Virus record (IMG/VR): IMGVR_UViG_2558860161_000005
Reading direction: 5' to 3' (one strand)
Source of the DNA: a virus
Taxonomy: Duplodnaviria; Heunggongvirae; Uroviricota; Caudoviricetes
DNA length: 10,919 bases
Shown piece by piece: positions 1 through 6,170 of the stretch. How positions within the stretch are numbered: the stretch's first letter is position 1; the number at the start of each line of letters is the position of its first letter. A program made the translations under genes and the position numbers. The notes beneath the pieces are model-generated. The model searched no databases and was not told where the DNA came from. It was given only the letters and a program-made list of their open reading frames with translations.

Positions 1-154
1 CCGCCATGAACACCCCTAAAAAAAGGGCATTTATATATCCAAATATTAATATCAAAACATCAACTTTTTCCATATACCTTGCTGTGAAGATGATGGGCAT
101 ACATGATGCGAACAACCAGAACGCAACAAACAAAAACTGCAATGCGTTTTTCAT
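1..154 (-). CDS. 5'-partial gene: ATG at 154-152, 51 codons to the window edge and continuing beyond; predicted small hydrophobic membrane protein, identity unknown
   Basis: Revcomp of 1-154 reads MKNALQFLFVAFWLFASCMPIIFTARYMEKVDVLILIFGYINALFLGVFMA... with no stop before the window edge. Strong SD GGAGG 4 nt upstream of the ATG (plus-strand cctcc at 159-163). Not in the ORF track because it runs off the window. Confidence 0.4.
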   Translation of the reverse strand, partial: MKNALQFLFVAFWLFASCMPIIFTARYMEKVDVLILIFGYINALFLGVFMA

Positions 155-408
155 TATTCCTCCTACAATCAATGTGCAATTACATTTAAACACACCTCAA
201 TTTGGCCGGACATATAAATATCTAAACCAGAAAAAATCACTTACATAGCGTTACAAACTCTTTAGTCTAAAGGTTCATCGTAAAACATTCCCCATACTTA
301 TCAGTCCGTTCCGCGCCAGGTAGCTCATTGCCTTATCTGGCAACCTGTAATCAGGTTTCCGCTTTTTCAGTTGGCTGGTCGTTTAACCGACATAGTTAAC
401 CCATTAAT

Positions 409-696
409 CTAGTTGCCGGATGTTGGTGGATTTTCGCGTTTTAGTTGTTCATAAAAGTGCACAGCTTTAACCAATTCTTCTGATGTAACCGGGACTGGTG
501 AGGCAGTGAATAAGGCCTGAATTTGATAGTTCGGCCTGTCGTTACAATCCTCTTTTTTCGGTACATATTTCCAGTCACCAGACCACTACTTCCCCTGAAA
601 GTCCGTAACGCCTTTTTTCACGTAGCGATATCGCCATGTCACTGGTTTTGCTTGCCCCGCCGTTTCATGCCCTTCCTGATAATTAATCTCGCTCAT
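409..696 (-). pseudogene. Unassigned 95-codon reading frame interrupted by an in-frame TAG (plus 586-588); possible nonsense-mutated prophage gene
   Basis: Revcomp from ATG at 696-694: MSEINYQEGHETAGQAKPVTWRYRYVKKGVTDFQGK-TAG-WSGDWKYVPKKEDCNDRPNYQIQALFTASPVPVTSEELVKAVHFYEQLKRENPPTSGN, stop at 411-409. The frame stays open and protein-like across the TAG. I do not recognise the family. Confidence 0.25.
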
Positions 697-758
697 TCAT
701 CGCCCCACTCATCACAATATGCTTCGACCGGAGTTTTTCCCGCTTCATAGTCATCACG

Positions 759-884
759 CTAGGATTCGACATCAGCAGCACTTCCACCGCGTAACTCACC
801 ATAGTCCATTAATAGTTCATCCCGCTCTTCAAAACTGATGTTATATTTAGCTGAACAAAAATCAGCCACTTTGTTCTTCCTCAT
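759..884 (-). CDS. Hypothetical 41-aa ORF (MRKNKVADFCSAKYNISFEERDELLMDYGELRGGSAADVES); may be a gene remnant
   Basis: ATG at 884-882, stop TAG at 761-759, weak SD. Below the ORF-track length threshold; found by manual translation. Confidence 0.15.
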   Translation of the reverse strand: MRKNKVADFCSAKYNISFEERDELLMDYGELRGGSAADVES

Positions 885-933
885 CGTCTTTTATTTCGTG
901 GTATGAGTAATTGCAGTAGTTAAAGAAAATTTC

Positions 934-1044
934 TTATGCTCCGTCATGAATTTCATCAGGTGTTGCGTCATCGTCCACTTCGAATACATCCTCAAAATCT
1001 CCACCAGCTATTCCCGTTTCAATAATAATTTTGAACTTTCGCAT
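934..1044 (-). CDS. Hypothetical 36-aa acidic ORF (MRKFKIIIETGIAGGDFEDVFEVDDDATPDEIHDGA)
   Basis: ATG at 1044-1042, stop TAA at 936-934. Upstream on the - strand: AGGAGG, then a perfect hairpin GCCGCCC-GAAA-GGGCGG (plus 1053-1070), then 7 nt to the ATG. Confidence 0.2.
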   Translation of the reverse strand: MRKFKIIIETGIAGGDFEDVFEVDDDATPDEIHDGA

Positions 1045-1535
1045 TTCACTACCGCCCTTTCGGGCGGCCTCCTGATGTTCTGAGGGTGCAGAAATCCATC
1101 CGGTTAAGGATTAAGTTTTATTTACAGAACTGAATTTAATTATTCAGATATACGTATCTGTAACCTTACGAATCTACTCACTGGATGCCTCTTTCATAAA
1201 AATAATCCAGTGGGTTTTATCGTTTTTTCCCTGTTCGTTGACAGATAACAGGCTTTCTATCTGTCAGTGCCAGAATCTGGCTTACCGGTATTTGCGTTTC
1301 ATTCCATTAAAAAATCAGAACGCCGTGCGGCCTCAACACCCGAAAAGCTTCTTTAAATCTCTGTCGCAAATCATCACGCCAGGCATCTTTATTCAGCCGT
1401 CCATATTTCTTTCCCATCCAGGCGTTATCACCAACACGCTCAAGATGCGGAGGGTCTAATACAACCATCGAAAAAGATGCGTCTGCAAATGATAATGCAC
1501 GAAAATCTGCGATAATGTCAGGGCTGATAATCAAG

Positions 1536-1544
1536 CGTCTCCCA
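1536..1544. repeat. Left copy of the 9-bp IS1 target-site duplication (cgtctccca)
   Basis: Identical 9-mer at 1536-1544 and 2313-2321, directly flanking the IS1 ends. Confidence 0.9.
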
Positions 1545-1599
1545 GGTGATGCTGCCAACTTACTGATTTAGTGTATGATGGTGTTTTTGAGGTGCTCCA

Positions 1600-1875
1600 G
1601 TGGCTTCTGTTTCTATCAGCTGTCCCTCCTGTTCAGCTACTGACGGGGTGGTGCGTAACGGCAAAAGCACCGCCGGACATCAGCGCTATCTCTGCTCTCA
1701 CTGCCGTAAAACATGGCAACTGCAGTTCACTTACACCGCTTCTCAACCCGGTACGCACCAGAAAATCATTGATATGGCCATGAATGGCGTTGGATGCCGG
1801 GCAACAGCCCGCATTATGGGCGTTGGCCTCAACACGATTTTACGTCACTTAAAAAACTCAGGCCGCAGTCGGTAA
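1600..1875 (+). CDS. insA: IS1 InsA (91 aa)
   Basis: Translation [43 protein letters not shown]... matches IS1 InsA as I recall it; zinc-finger CxxC motifs present. Confidence 0.9.
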
Positions 1876-2297
1876 CCTCGCGCATACAGCCGGGCAGTGA
1901 CGTCATCGTCTGCGCGGAAATGGACGAACAGTGGGGCTATGTCGGGGCTAAATCGCGCCAGCGCTGGCTGTTTTACGCGTATGACAGGCTCCGGAAGACG
2001 GTTGTTGCGCACGTATTCGGTGAACGCACTATGGCGACGCTGGGGCGTCTTATGAGCCTGCTGTCACCCTTTGACGTGGTGATATGGATGACGGATGGCT
2101 GGCCGCTGTATGAATCCCGCCTGAAGGGAAAGCTGCACGTAATCAGCAAGCGATATACGCAGCGAATTGAGCGGCATAACCTGAATCTGAGGCAGCACCT
2201 GGCACGGCTGGGACGGAAGTCGCTGTCGTTCTCAAAATCGGTGGAGCTGCATGACAAAGTCATCGGGCATTATCTGAACATAAAACACTATCAATAA
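1794..2297 (+). CDS. insB: IS1 InsB (167 aa; the transposase is made as an InsAB' fusion by -1 frameshift)
   Basis: ATG at 1794; translation [25 protein letters not shown]...HYQ matches IS1 InsB as I recall it; overlaps insA in the -1 frame downstream of the A6C motif. Confidence 0.9.
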
Positions 2298-2312
2298 GTT
2301 GGAGTCATTACC

Positions 2313-2321
2313 CGTCTCCCA
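2313..2321. repeat. Right copy of the 9-bp IS1 target-site duplication (cgtctccca)
   Basis: Identical to 1536-1544. Confidence 0.9.
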
Positions 2322-2436
2322 TTGCGTAATGTGTATCCTTCTTTTCTGATATCGCTGAATATCGCCCGTTTGTCAGACTTATCGAACCAGAACATGCGGC
2401 TGCCACAGCACATATCAAGAATGGTTGCCGGTGCAC

Positions 2437-2859
2437 TCACTGCGCCACGTCCTGAAAATTACCCTGATAGAAAGCCAGTATGCGCTGCATAACTTCGCTC
2501 TTCCGGCACTCGCGACAGATTATGTTTAGGCGACTGTCGTAGCGACGTATTTCTCCGTCAGGTGATGACCAGATAAGGTCCGGATCAACCACAGCAGGTT
2601 TCTTCACCTTTGCCCTCGAGAGTTTTTTGCGGGCGTTTTGCCAGTCCTTACGCGCCTGTTCAGAGGGGAATAACCCGTAGCCGGAGTTGTATACATCGCC
2701 ACTGGCTACCAGCTCTCTGGCAAGAACGCTCATCAGATATCTAGTCGCACCTGTTTTAGCTTCCAGTTGCCGTAACGTCTCACGGCCGCTCTGGCGCACG
2801 AGTTCCACCACCTGCCATTTAATTTTTTCCCGCTCTTCTTGTGTAAAAACTTTTGCCAC
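2437..2859 (-). CDS. Hypothetical 140-aa prophage early protein, basic, possible DNA-binding; function unknown
   Basis: ORF with GTG start at 2859-2857 preceded by GGGGG SD; translation MAKVFTQEEREKIKWQVVELVRQSGRETLRQLEAKTGATRYLMSVLARELV... It lies between the replication initiator and the methyltransferase, and its stop overlaps the alternative GTG start of the methyltransferase. Confidence 0.55.
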   Translation of the reverse strand: MAKVFTQEEREKIKWQVVELVRQSGRETLRQLEAKTGATRYLMSVLARELVASGDVYNSGYGLFPSEQARKDWQNARKKLSRAKVKKPAVVDPDLIWSSPDGEIRRYDSRLNIICRECRKSEVMQRILAFYQGNFQDVAQ

Positions 2860-2899
2860 CAGTCCCCCTTAAAATTACCTCATGACCTGAAATCAACAC

Positions 2900-3865
2900 T
2901 TATCCTCTGAAACCAGGCGGAATTTCTGTATCCGGTTCAGAAATATGATTAACACAACGCTGTACAGGTGAACGTCCCAGGCGGATGACCAGTTCGTCCC
3001 ATTTTTCGCGGAGCTTTGACGGGCTCATGATGTTTTTTACCCAGAATGGATCTCGCTGAACCCGACCAAACATTTCGCAAATTTGTCTGTGGCTTCTGCC
3101 ATCCAGCATCCGCATTGTGCGCACGTCATTGGCCCAGGCAGTCCAGTTAGGCTCTTTTGGTCGCATGATCTCGCCATCATCACTGGCTGCCTGTTCGTAG
3201 AGACCCACGATCCGCCCCCAGATCCACTGCGCACACGCCAAATCCTCCCTGCTACCCCACTGGCGTTTTTTCGCACTAAACACAACCGCGTCGGAGTTCC
3301 GGGTTAAAGAATCCTGTTCAGTCGTCTGCGGGTCCGGTTGCGAAGCTTCCGGACGAAAAGTGTTTTTATTCTCTGTAGTAATCTCTGTTGTATTCTCTGT
3401 AAGATCATCAGGCCATTTTGACCCGATGACATTGGGTCGTTTTGAACCAATGGAGCGTTTCATTTTGACCTCTTCCATCGTGTCATTTTGACCTGATGGA
3501 GCGGCGCATTTTGAACCGATGGATTCGCTCAATTTGCCACCATCTAAAAGCTCGCTCCCATAGTTGATCGTGTAGAAATTGGTCATATCGCGCTTTGATT
3601 TATTGAGCTTTTCACAACGCAAAAGCCCCAGCGTTTTCAGACTTGCAAACGCGCGCTTTAACGTTGACTCTGACCAGAATGGGAACTGTTCCAGCCATTG
3701 TTCCGTTGTGTTATAAATCCAGCGAACACCATCACATTCCATGCCGGAGTTGGTATCTCTCAACCAGTAGTGCAGTTGTTGCAAAACAATGGCTTCGTTT
3801 AAGCCAATTTTCATTGCCAGCTGCGTGTTTATAACCAGTGGGCGTTCAGCAAAAAGAAGGCTCAT
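2900..3865 (-). CDS. Phage replication initiator (lambda O-like role), about 322 aa from ATG 3865; contains the origin iterons
   Basis: Track ORF 2900..3919 begins at a TTG; the likely start is ATG 3865-3863 (MSLLFAERPLVINTQLAMKIGLNEAIVLQQLHYWL...), typical of a phage replication-initiator N-terminus. The central region is coded by iteron DNA (SIGSK repeats) and an AT-rich repeat (TENTTEITTEN). Family assignment is from memory. Confidence 0.7.
   Translation of the reverse strand: MSLLFAERPLVINTQLAMKIGLNEAIVLQQLHYWLRDTNSGMECDGVRWIYNTTEQWLEQFPFWSESTLKRAFASLKTLGLLRCEKLNKSKRDMTNFYTINYGSELLDGGKLSESIGSKCAAPSGQNDTMEEVKMKRSIGSKRPNVIGSKWPDDLTENTTEITTENKNTFRPEASQPDPQTTEQDSLTRNSDAVVFSAKKRQWGSREDLACAQWIWGRIVGLYEQAASDDGEIMRPKEPNWTAWANDVRTMRMLDGRSHRQICEMFGRVQRDPFWVKNIMSPSKLREKWDELVIRLGRSPVQRCVNHISEPDTEIPPGFRG
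3355..3541. other. Putative lambda-style replication origin: 5-6 iterons with a 23-24 bp period (3414-3541) plus an adjacent AT-rich tract with three attctctgt-like repeats (about 3355-3400), inside the initiator gene
   Basis: Direct repeats with core ttttga(a/c)c at 3416, 3440, 3463, 3486, 3509 and a degenerate copy near 3532, each followed by (c/t)gatgg-like sequence; ccatc/gatgg dyads flank the cores. The arrangement parallels ori-lambda within gene O. Confidence 0.6.
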
Positions 3866-4367
3866 AATTCCATCCAGCTTTTTGTTGGTATTGCTGTCGA
3901 TACGCAAGCTTGAAAGCAATTGCTTTTTCTATAAGTTCGTCAGTTTCACGATCCACTACGGCAGGATCAGCAAAAAGCAGTCCGGACTCCACCACATCGC
4001 CATATTCTTTGTTTAACCCGGCGATCATGCACGTGATGCTTTTTCCGTCAGTAATTTCACGATACAACCTGAAATCACTAATCCGGATAGCCTCCATAAT
4101 CGCAGGCACTAGCGCCGTGAACTTTTCACGCTTATCCCTGGTGTCGATAGCCTTCCAGCGTTCGAATATCTTCACTCGATTAACACCAAGCGCTCGCTGA
4201 TCAACCGCGCCACCTTCATCTGTGACACGCTGAACATCGATGTTCGGGCGCTCTTTCAAAGCCCAGAATGCTTCAGTGATTAATATCGTCGCCTGCTCCT
4301 GTGTCATTCCTGGTCGACATATCCAGGCATCCAGAGCCTCACGAACCTGTTCAGGAGTGATTTTCAT
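3846..4367 (-). CDS. 173-aa early-operon protein in the cII/YdaT position; possibly a YdaT-like regulator
   Basis: ATG at 4367-4365; translation MKITPEQVREALDAWICRPGMTQEQATILITEAFWALKERPN...; overlaps the dicC stop by 17 nt and the initiator start by 20 nt, suggesting translational coupling. Family assignment is tentative. Confidence 0.6.
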   Translation of the reverse strand: MKITPEQVREALDAWICRPGMTQEQATILITEAFWALKERPNIDVQRVTDEGGAVDQRALGVNRVKIFERWKAIDTRDKREKFTALVPAIMEAIRISDFRLYREITDGKSITCMIAGLNKEYGDVVESGLLFADPAVVDRETDELIEKAIAFKLAYRQQYQQKAGWNYEPSFC

Positions 4368-4581
4368 TGTTCAACCACCCCGCCCGCTTCGTCTTACGAT
4401 ATTCATCATAAACTTTGGGATCATACTGAAGCTCCCCGCCAGATGCCTCCTGTAGACGCATCGCGCGACCTTCGGGAACTAAATCCCCTTTCCAGCTATA
4501 AAGCGAAGCCAAACGAATACCTGCTGCTTGTGCAAGTTTTGTTTTTGAACCGAAATACAAAAGAGCGTCAGTTTTAAGCAT
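4351..4581 (-). CDS. dicC: DicC, Cro-like regulator of the Qin-type immunity region (76 aa)
   Basis: ATG at 4581-4579 with SD AGGTG 7 nt upstream; translation MLKTDALLYFGSKTKLAQAAGIRLASLYSWKGDLVPEGRAMRLQEASGGELQYDPKVYDEYRKTKRAGWLNNENHS; the 76-aa length and divergent arrangement with dicA match E. coli Qin dicC as I recall it. Confidence 0.85.
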   Translation of the reverse strand: MLKTDALLYFGSKTKLAQAAGIRLASLYSWKGDLVPEGRAMRLQEASGGELQYDPKVYDEYRKTKRAGWLNNENHS

Positions 4582-4595
4582 TTAAAACACCTTTA

Positions 4596-4662
4596 TTGTT
4601 AGTCATAACTAACAAGATAGATGTTAACAAAAACATAGTCAATACGATTTAGCATTAGCTAA
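4596..4662. promoter_or_regulatory. dicC-dicA divergent promoter/operator region with two palindromic putative DicA operators
   Basis: Perfect palindrome ttgttagt-cata-actaacaa at 4596-4615 and imperfect palindrome ttagc-atta-gctaa at 4649-4662, immediately upstream of the dicA ATG (4665). Confidence 0.55.
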
Positions 4663-4664
4663 CT

Positions 4665-5072
4665 ATGGAAACAAAAAATTTAACTATCGGCGAACGCATC
4701 AGGTATCGTCGGAAAAACCTCAAACACACCCAAAGGTCTCTTGCTAAAGCCCTGAAAATCTCCCATGTGTCTGTATCACAATGGGAACGGGGTGATAGTG
4801 AACCTACAGGGAAGAACCTTTTTGCCCTCAGCAAAGTATTGCAATGCTCACCAACATGGATTCTATTTGGCGATGAAGACAAGCAACCAACACCACCTGT
4901 TGAGAAGCCAGTTGCCTTATCCCCCAAAGAACTAGAGCTCCTTGAGCTGTTTAATGCACTGCCAGAATCAGAACAGGATACCCAGCTCGCCGAAATGCGA
5001 GCTCGAGTAAAAAACTTCAATAAACTCTTTGAAGAATTACTAAAAGCCCGTCAGCGGACAAATAAAAGATAA
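4665..5072 (+). CDS. dicA: DicA, HTH (XRE-family) repressor of the dicB operon (135 aa)
   Basis: ATG at 4665, stop TAA at 5070-5072; translation METKNLTIGERIRYRRKNLKHTQRSLAKALKISHVSVSQWERGDSEP... matches E. coli DicA as I recall it (135 aa). Confidence 0.9.
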   Translation: METKNLTIGERIRYRRKNLKHTQRSLAKALKISHVSVSQWERGDSEPTGKNLFALSKVLQCSPTWILFGDEDKQPTPPVEKPVALSPKELELLELFNALPESEQDTQLAEMRARVKNFNKLFEELLKARQRTNKR

Positions 5073-5106
5073 CATCATCAATGAGTTATCTTTTACCACA
5101 TCAATT

Positions 5107-5161
5107 ATGTTAGCTATAGCATACAAAATCACTTGACCGATATGTTAGTCATGGCTAATCT
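5107..5161 (+). promoter_or_regulatory. Putative dicB-operon promoter overlapped by DicA operator-like sites
   Basis: -35 TTGACC at 5133-5138, 17-nt spacer, -10 TAATCT at 5156-5161. Operator-like atgttagctatagcatacaa at 5107-5126 (palindromic core gctatagc) and ttagtcatggctaa at 5145-5158, sharing the TGTTAG half-site with the intergenic operators. Confidence 0.5.
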
Positions 5162-5238
5162 TGTTTGCATCAACACACCGCACGGTGTTCTCAGCAAACA
5201 GTTCCGCTACCCCAGCGTTAAGGGGAAATGAGGTCCGC

Positions 5239-5394
5239 ATGGATACTATCGATCTTGGCAACAACGAATCTCTGGTGTACGGCGTGTTTCCAAACCAGGA
5301 CGGTACGTTCACCGCGATGACGTATACCAAAAGCAAAACGTTTAAAACCGAAAATGGTGCCCGTCGCTGGCTGGAAAGAAACTCAGGTGAGTGA
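5239..5394 (+). CDS. ydfA: YdfA (51 aa), dicB-operon small protein of unknown function
   Basis: ATG at 5239 with SD GAGG 7 nt upstream; translation MDTIDLGNNESLVYGVFPNQDGTFTAMTYTKSKTFKTENGARRWLERNSGE. The track ORF 5161..5394 is the same frame extended to an upstream alternative start. Confidence 0.8.
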   Translation: MDTIDLGNNESLVYGVFPNQDGTFTAMTYTKSKTFKTENGARRWLERNSGE

Positions 5395-5395
5395 T

Positions 5396-5524
5396 ATGGA
5401 TTTCGACACAATCATGGAAAAAGCTTACGAAGAATACTTCGAAGGTCTTGCCGACGGCGAAGAAGCTCTCAGCTTCAACGAATTTAAACAGGCGCTTTCC
5501 AGTTCGGCAAAATCTAACGGCTGA
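5396..5524 (+). CDS. ydfB: YdfB (42 aa), dicB-operon small acidic protein
   Basis: ATG at 5396, one base after the ydfA stop; translation MDFDTIMEKAYEEYFEGLADGEEALSFNEFKQALSSSAKSNG, stop TGA at 5522-5524. Below the track threshold; found manually. Confidence 0.7.
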   Translation: MDFDTIMEKAYEEYFEGLADGEEALSFNEFKQALSSSAKSNG

Positions 5525-5553
5525 TAAGCGAAACAGCACCGCGAGGAATCAGT

Positions 5554-5772
5554 ATGCAGAAACGAGAACCCGTCATCATCGCGCCAGACTATACCGATGA
5601 TGAACTTTATGAGTGGATGCGCCAGAAAATTAATGCAGCGCAGGATCTGAAATGGGCCAATGAAGCCAGGGCTAAGCAGGCTGAAAATCTGTCCGCTCTG
5701 GAGCAGGATATCACCAATCTGGAAAAAGCAGCGGCATTAAGCATTGCCAGAATGATTACATACCCGCGTTAA
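5554..5772 (+). CDS. ydfC: YdfC (72 aa), dicB-operon protein of unknown function
   Basis: ATG at 5554 with SD GAGG (5543-5546); translation MQKREPVIIAPDYTDDELYEWMRQKINAAQDLKWANEARAKQAENLSALEQDITNLEKAAALSIARMITYPR. Confidence 0.8.
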   Translation: MQKREPVIIAPDYTDDELYEWMRQKINAAQDLKWANEARAKQAENLSALEQDITNLEKAAALSIARMITYPR

Positions 5773-6112
5773 TAGCTAACCAACGAAGCTAAGGTTGGTA
5801 ATTAAGGAGTTCTCCACGGGTGAGGTGGAGTGCGTGCGCCGGACACGGGTGAGCATCCGGCACTGACAGTTTACTGAAAGGATATTTCCCTGAAAAGTCA
5901 GACCATAACGCGAAAGCGCACGGCGAGGTAGCTGGTTCATAGATAGCCTGTCGTTAAATTTTCGTCGACCGTGCGCTTCCGGTTGTGGCAACCCGCGAAA
6001 TGGTGCGGCGGTAAGTATGGCGGGGTTATTTCTTCCCCGTTGAGGACACCGGGTTGTCAGGTTGACCATACGCTTAAGTGACAACCCCGCTGCAACGCCC
6101 TCTGTTATCAAT

Positions 6113-6170
6113 TTTCTGGTGACGTTTGGCGGTATCAGTTTTACTCCGTGACTGCTCTGCCGCCCTTTTT
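6113..6170 (+). ncRNA. dicF: DicF small RNA (53-nt core 6113-6165 plus U-tail), antisense inhibitor of ftsZ translation processed from the dicB-operon transcript
   Basis: Sequence tttctggtgacgtttggcggtatcagttttactccgtgactgctctgccgccc followed by ttttt matches DicF as I recall it; it lies between ydfC and dicB as in Qin. Exact ends are approximate. Confidence 0.8.

Larger units (their letters stand above)
1545..2312 (+). mobile_element. IS1 insertion sequence, 768 bp, apparently intact
   Basis: Terminal inverted repeats ggtgatgctgccaacttactgat (1545-1567) and atcaataagttggagtcattacc (2290-2312). Encodes InsA and InsB with the A6C slippery motif ttaaaaaac at 1849-1857. Flanked by the 9-bp duplication. 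Confidence 0.95.
1217..2413 (-). pseudogene. Small phage-type DNA methyltransferase (DPPH-motif family), inactivated by an IS1 insertion and carrying an in-frame TAA
   Basis: The 5' part (2413 down to 2313) reads MCCGSRMFWFDKSDKRAIFSDIRKEGYTLRNGR and continues in the same frame after IS1 (1544 downward) as RLIISPDIIADFRALSFADASFSMVVLDPPHLERVGDNAWMGKKYGRLNKDAWRDDLRQRFKEAFRVLRPHGVLIF-TAA-WNETQIPVSQILALTDRKPVICQRTGKKR, stop at 1219-1217. The track ORF 1307..1558 is the IS-truncated fragment; its TTG start lies inside the IS1 end. An alternative GTG start at 2440 overlaps the upstream stop. Confidence 0.7.

Noticed and set aside
6-248. 80-aa + strand ORF at the left edge
   Set aside because: AT-rich and low-complexity, no SD, and antisense to a - strand ORF that has a strong SD and a membrane-protein-like sequence.
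523-750. 75-aa + strand ORF
   Set aside because: Antisense to the interrupted - strand reading frame; odd composition; no ribosome-binding site.
1141-1166. cagata-tacg-tatctg palindrome as a LexA (SOS) box
   Set aside because: The LexA consensus is CTGT-N8-ACAG; this site has the half-sites in the opposite arrangement and the wrong spacing.
1238-1459. 73-aa + strand ORF and the TTGACA hexamer at 1238-1243 as a promoter
   Set aside because: The ORF is antisense to the methyltransferase coding frame. TTGACA has no acceptable -10 element 16-18 bp downstream and is simply one arm of the tgacagata palindrome.
1307-1558. 83-aa - strand ORF as an independent gene
   Set aside because: Its TTG start lies inside the IS1 terminal repeat; it is the IS-truncated middle of the methyltransferase gene, not a separate gene.
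1571-1783. 70-aa + strand ORF inside IS1
   Set aside because: An alternative frame overlapping insA; IS1 is known to encode only InsA and InsB/InsAB'.
1973-2263. 96-aa - strand ORF inside IS1
   Set aside because: Antisense to insB; not a known IS1 product.
3414-3541. Regular 23-bp direct repeats as a possible CRISPR array
   Set aside because: The period is too short, there are no unique spacers, and the repeats lie in-frame inside a replication-initiator gene next to an AT-rich tract; they are origin iterons.
5391-5600. 69-aa + strand ORF overlapping ydfB and ydfC
   Set aside because: It is in the wrong frame relative to the ydfB and ydfC starts, both of which have SDs; the translation is basic junk.
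5776-6111. 111-aa - strand ORF between ydfC and dicF
   Set aside because: Arg/Pro-rich translation typical of a spurious frame in GC-rich DNA; antisense to the structured dicF precursor leader; no SD.
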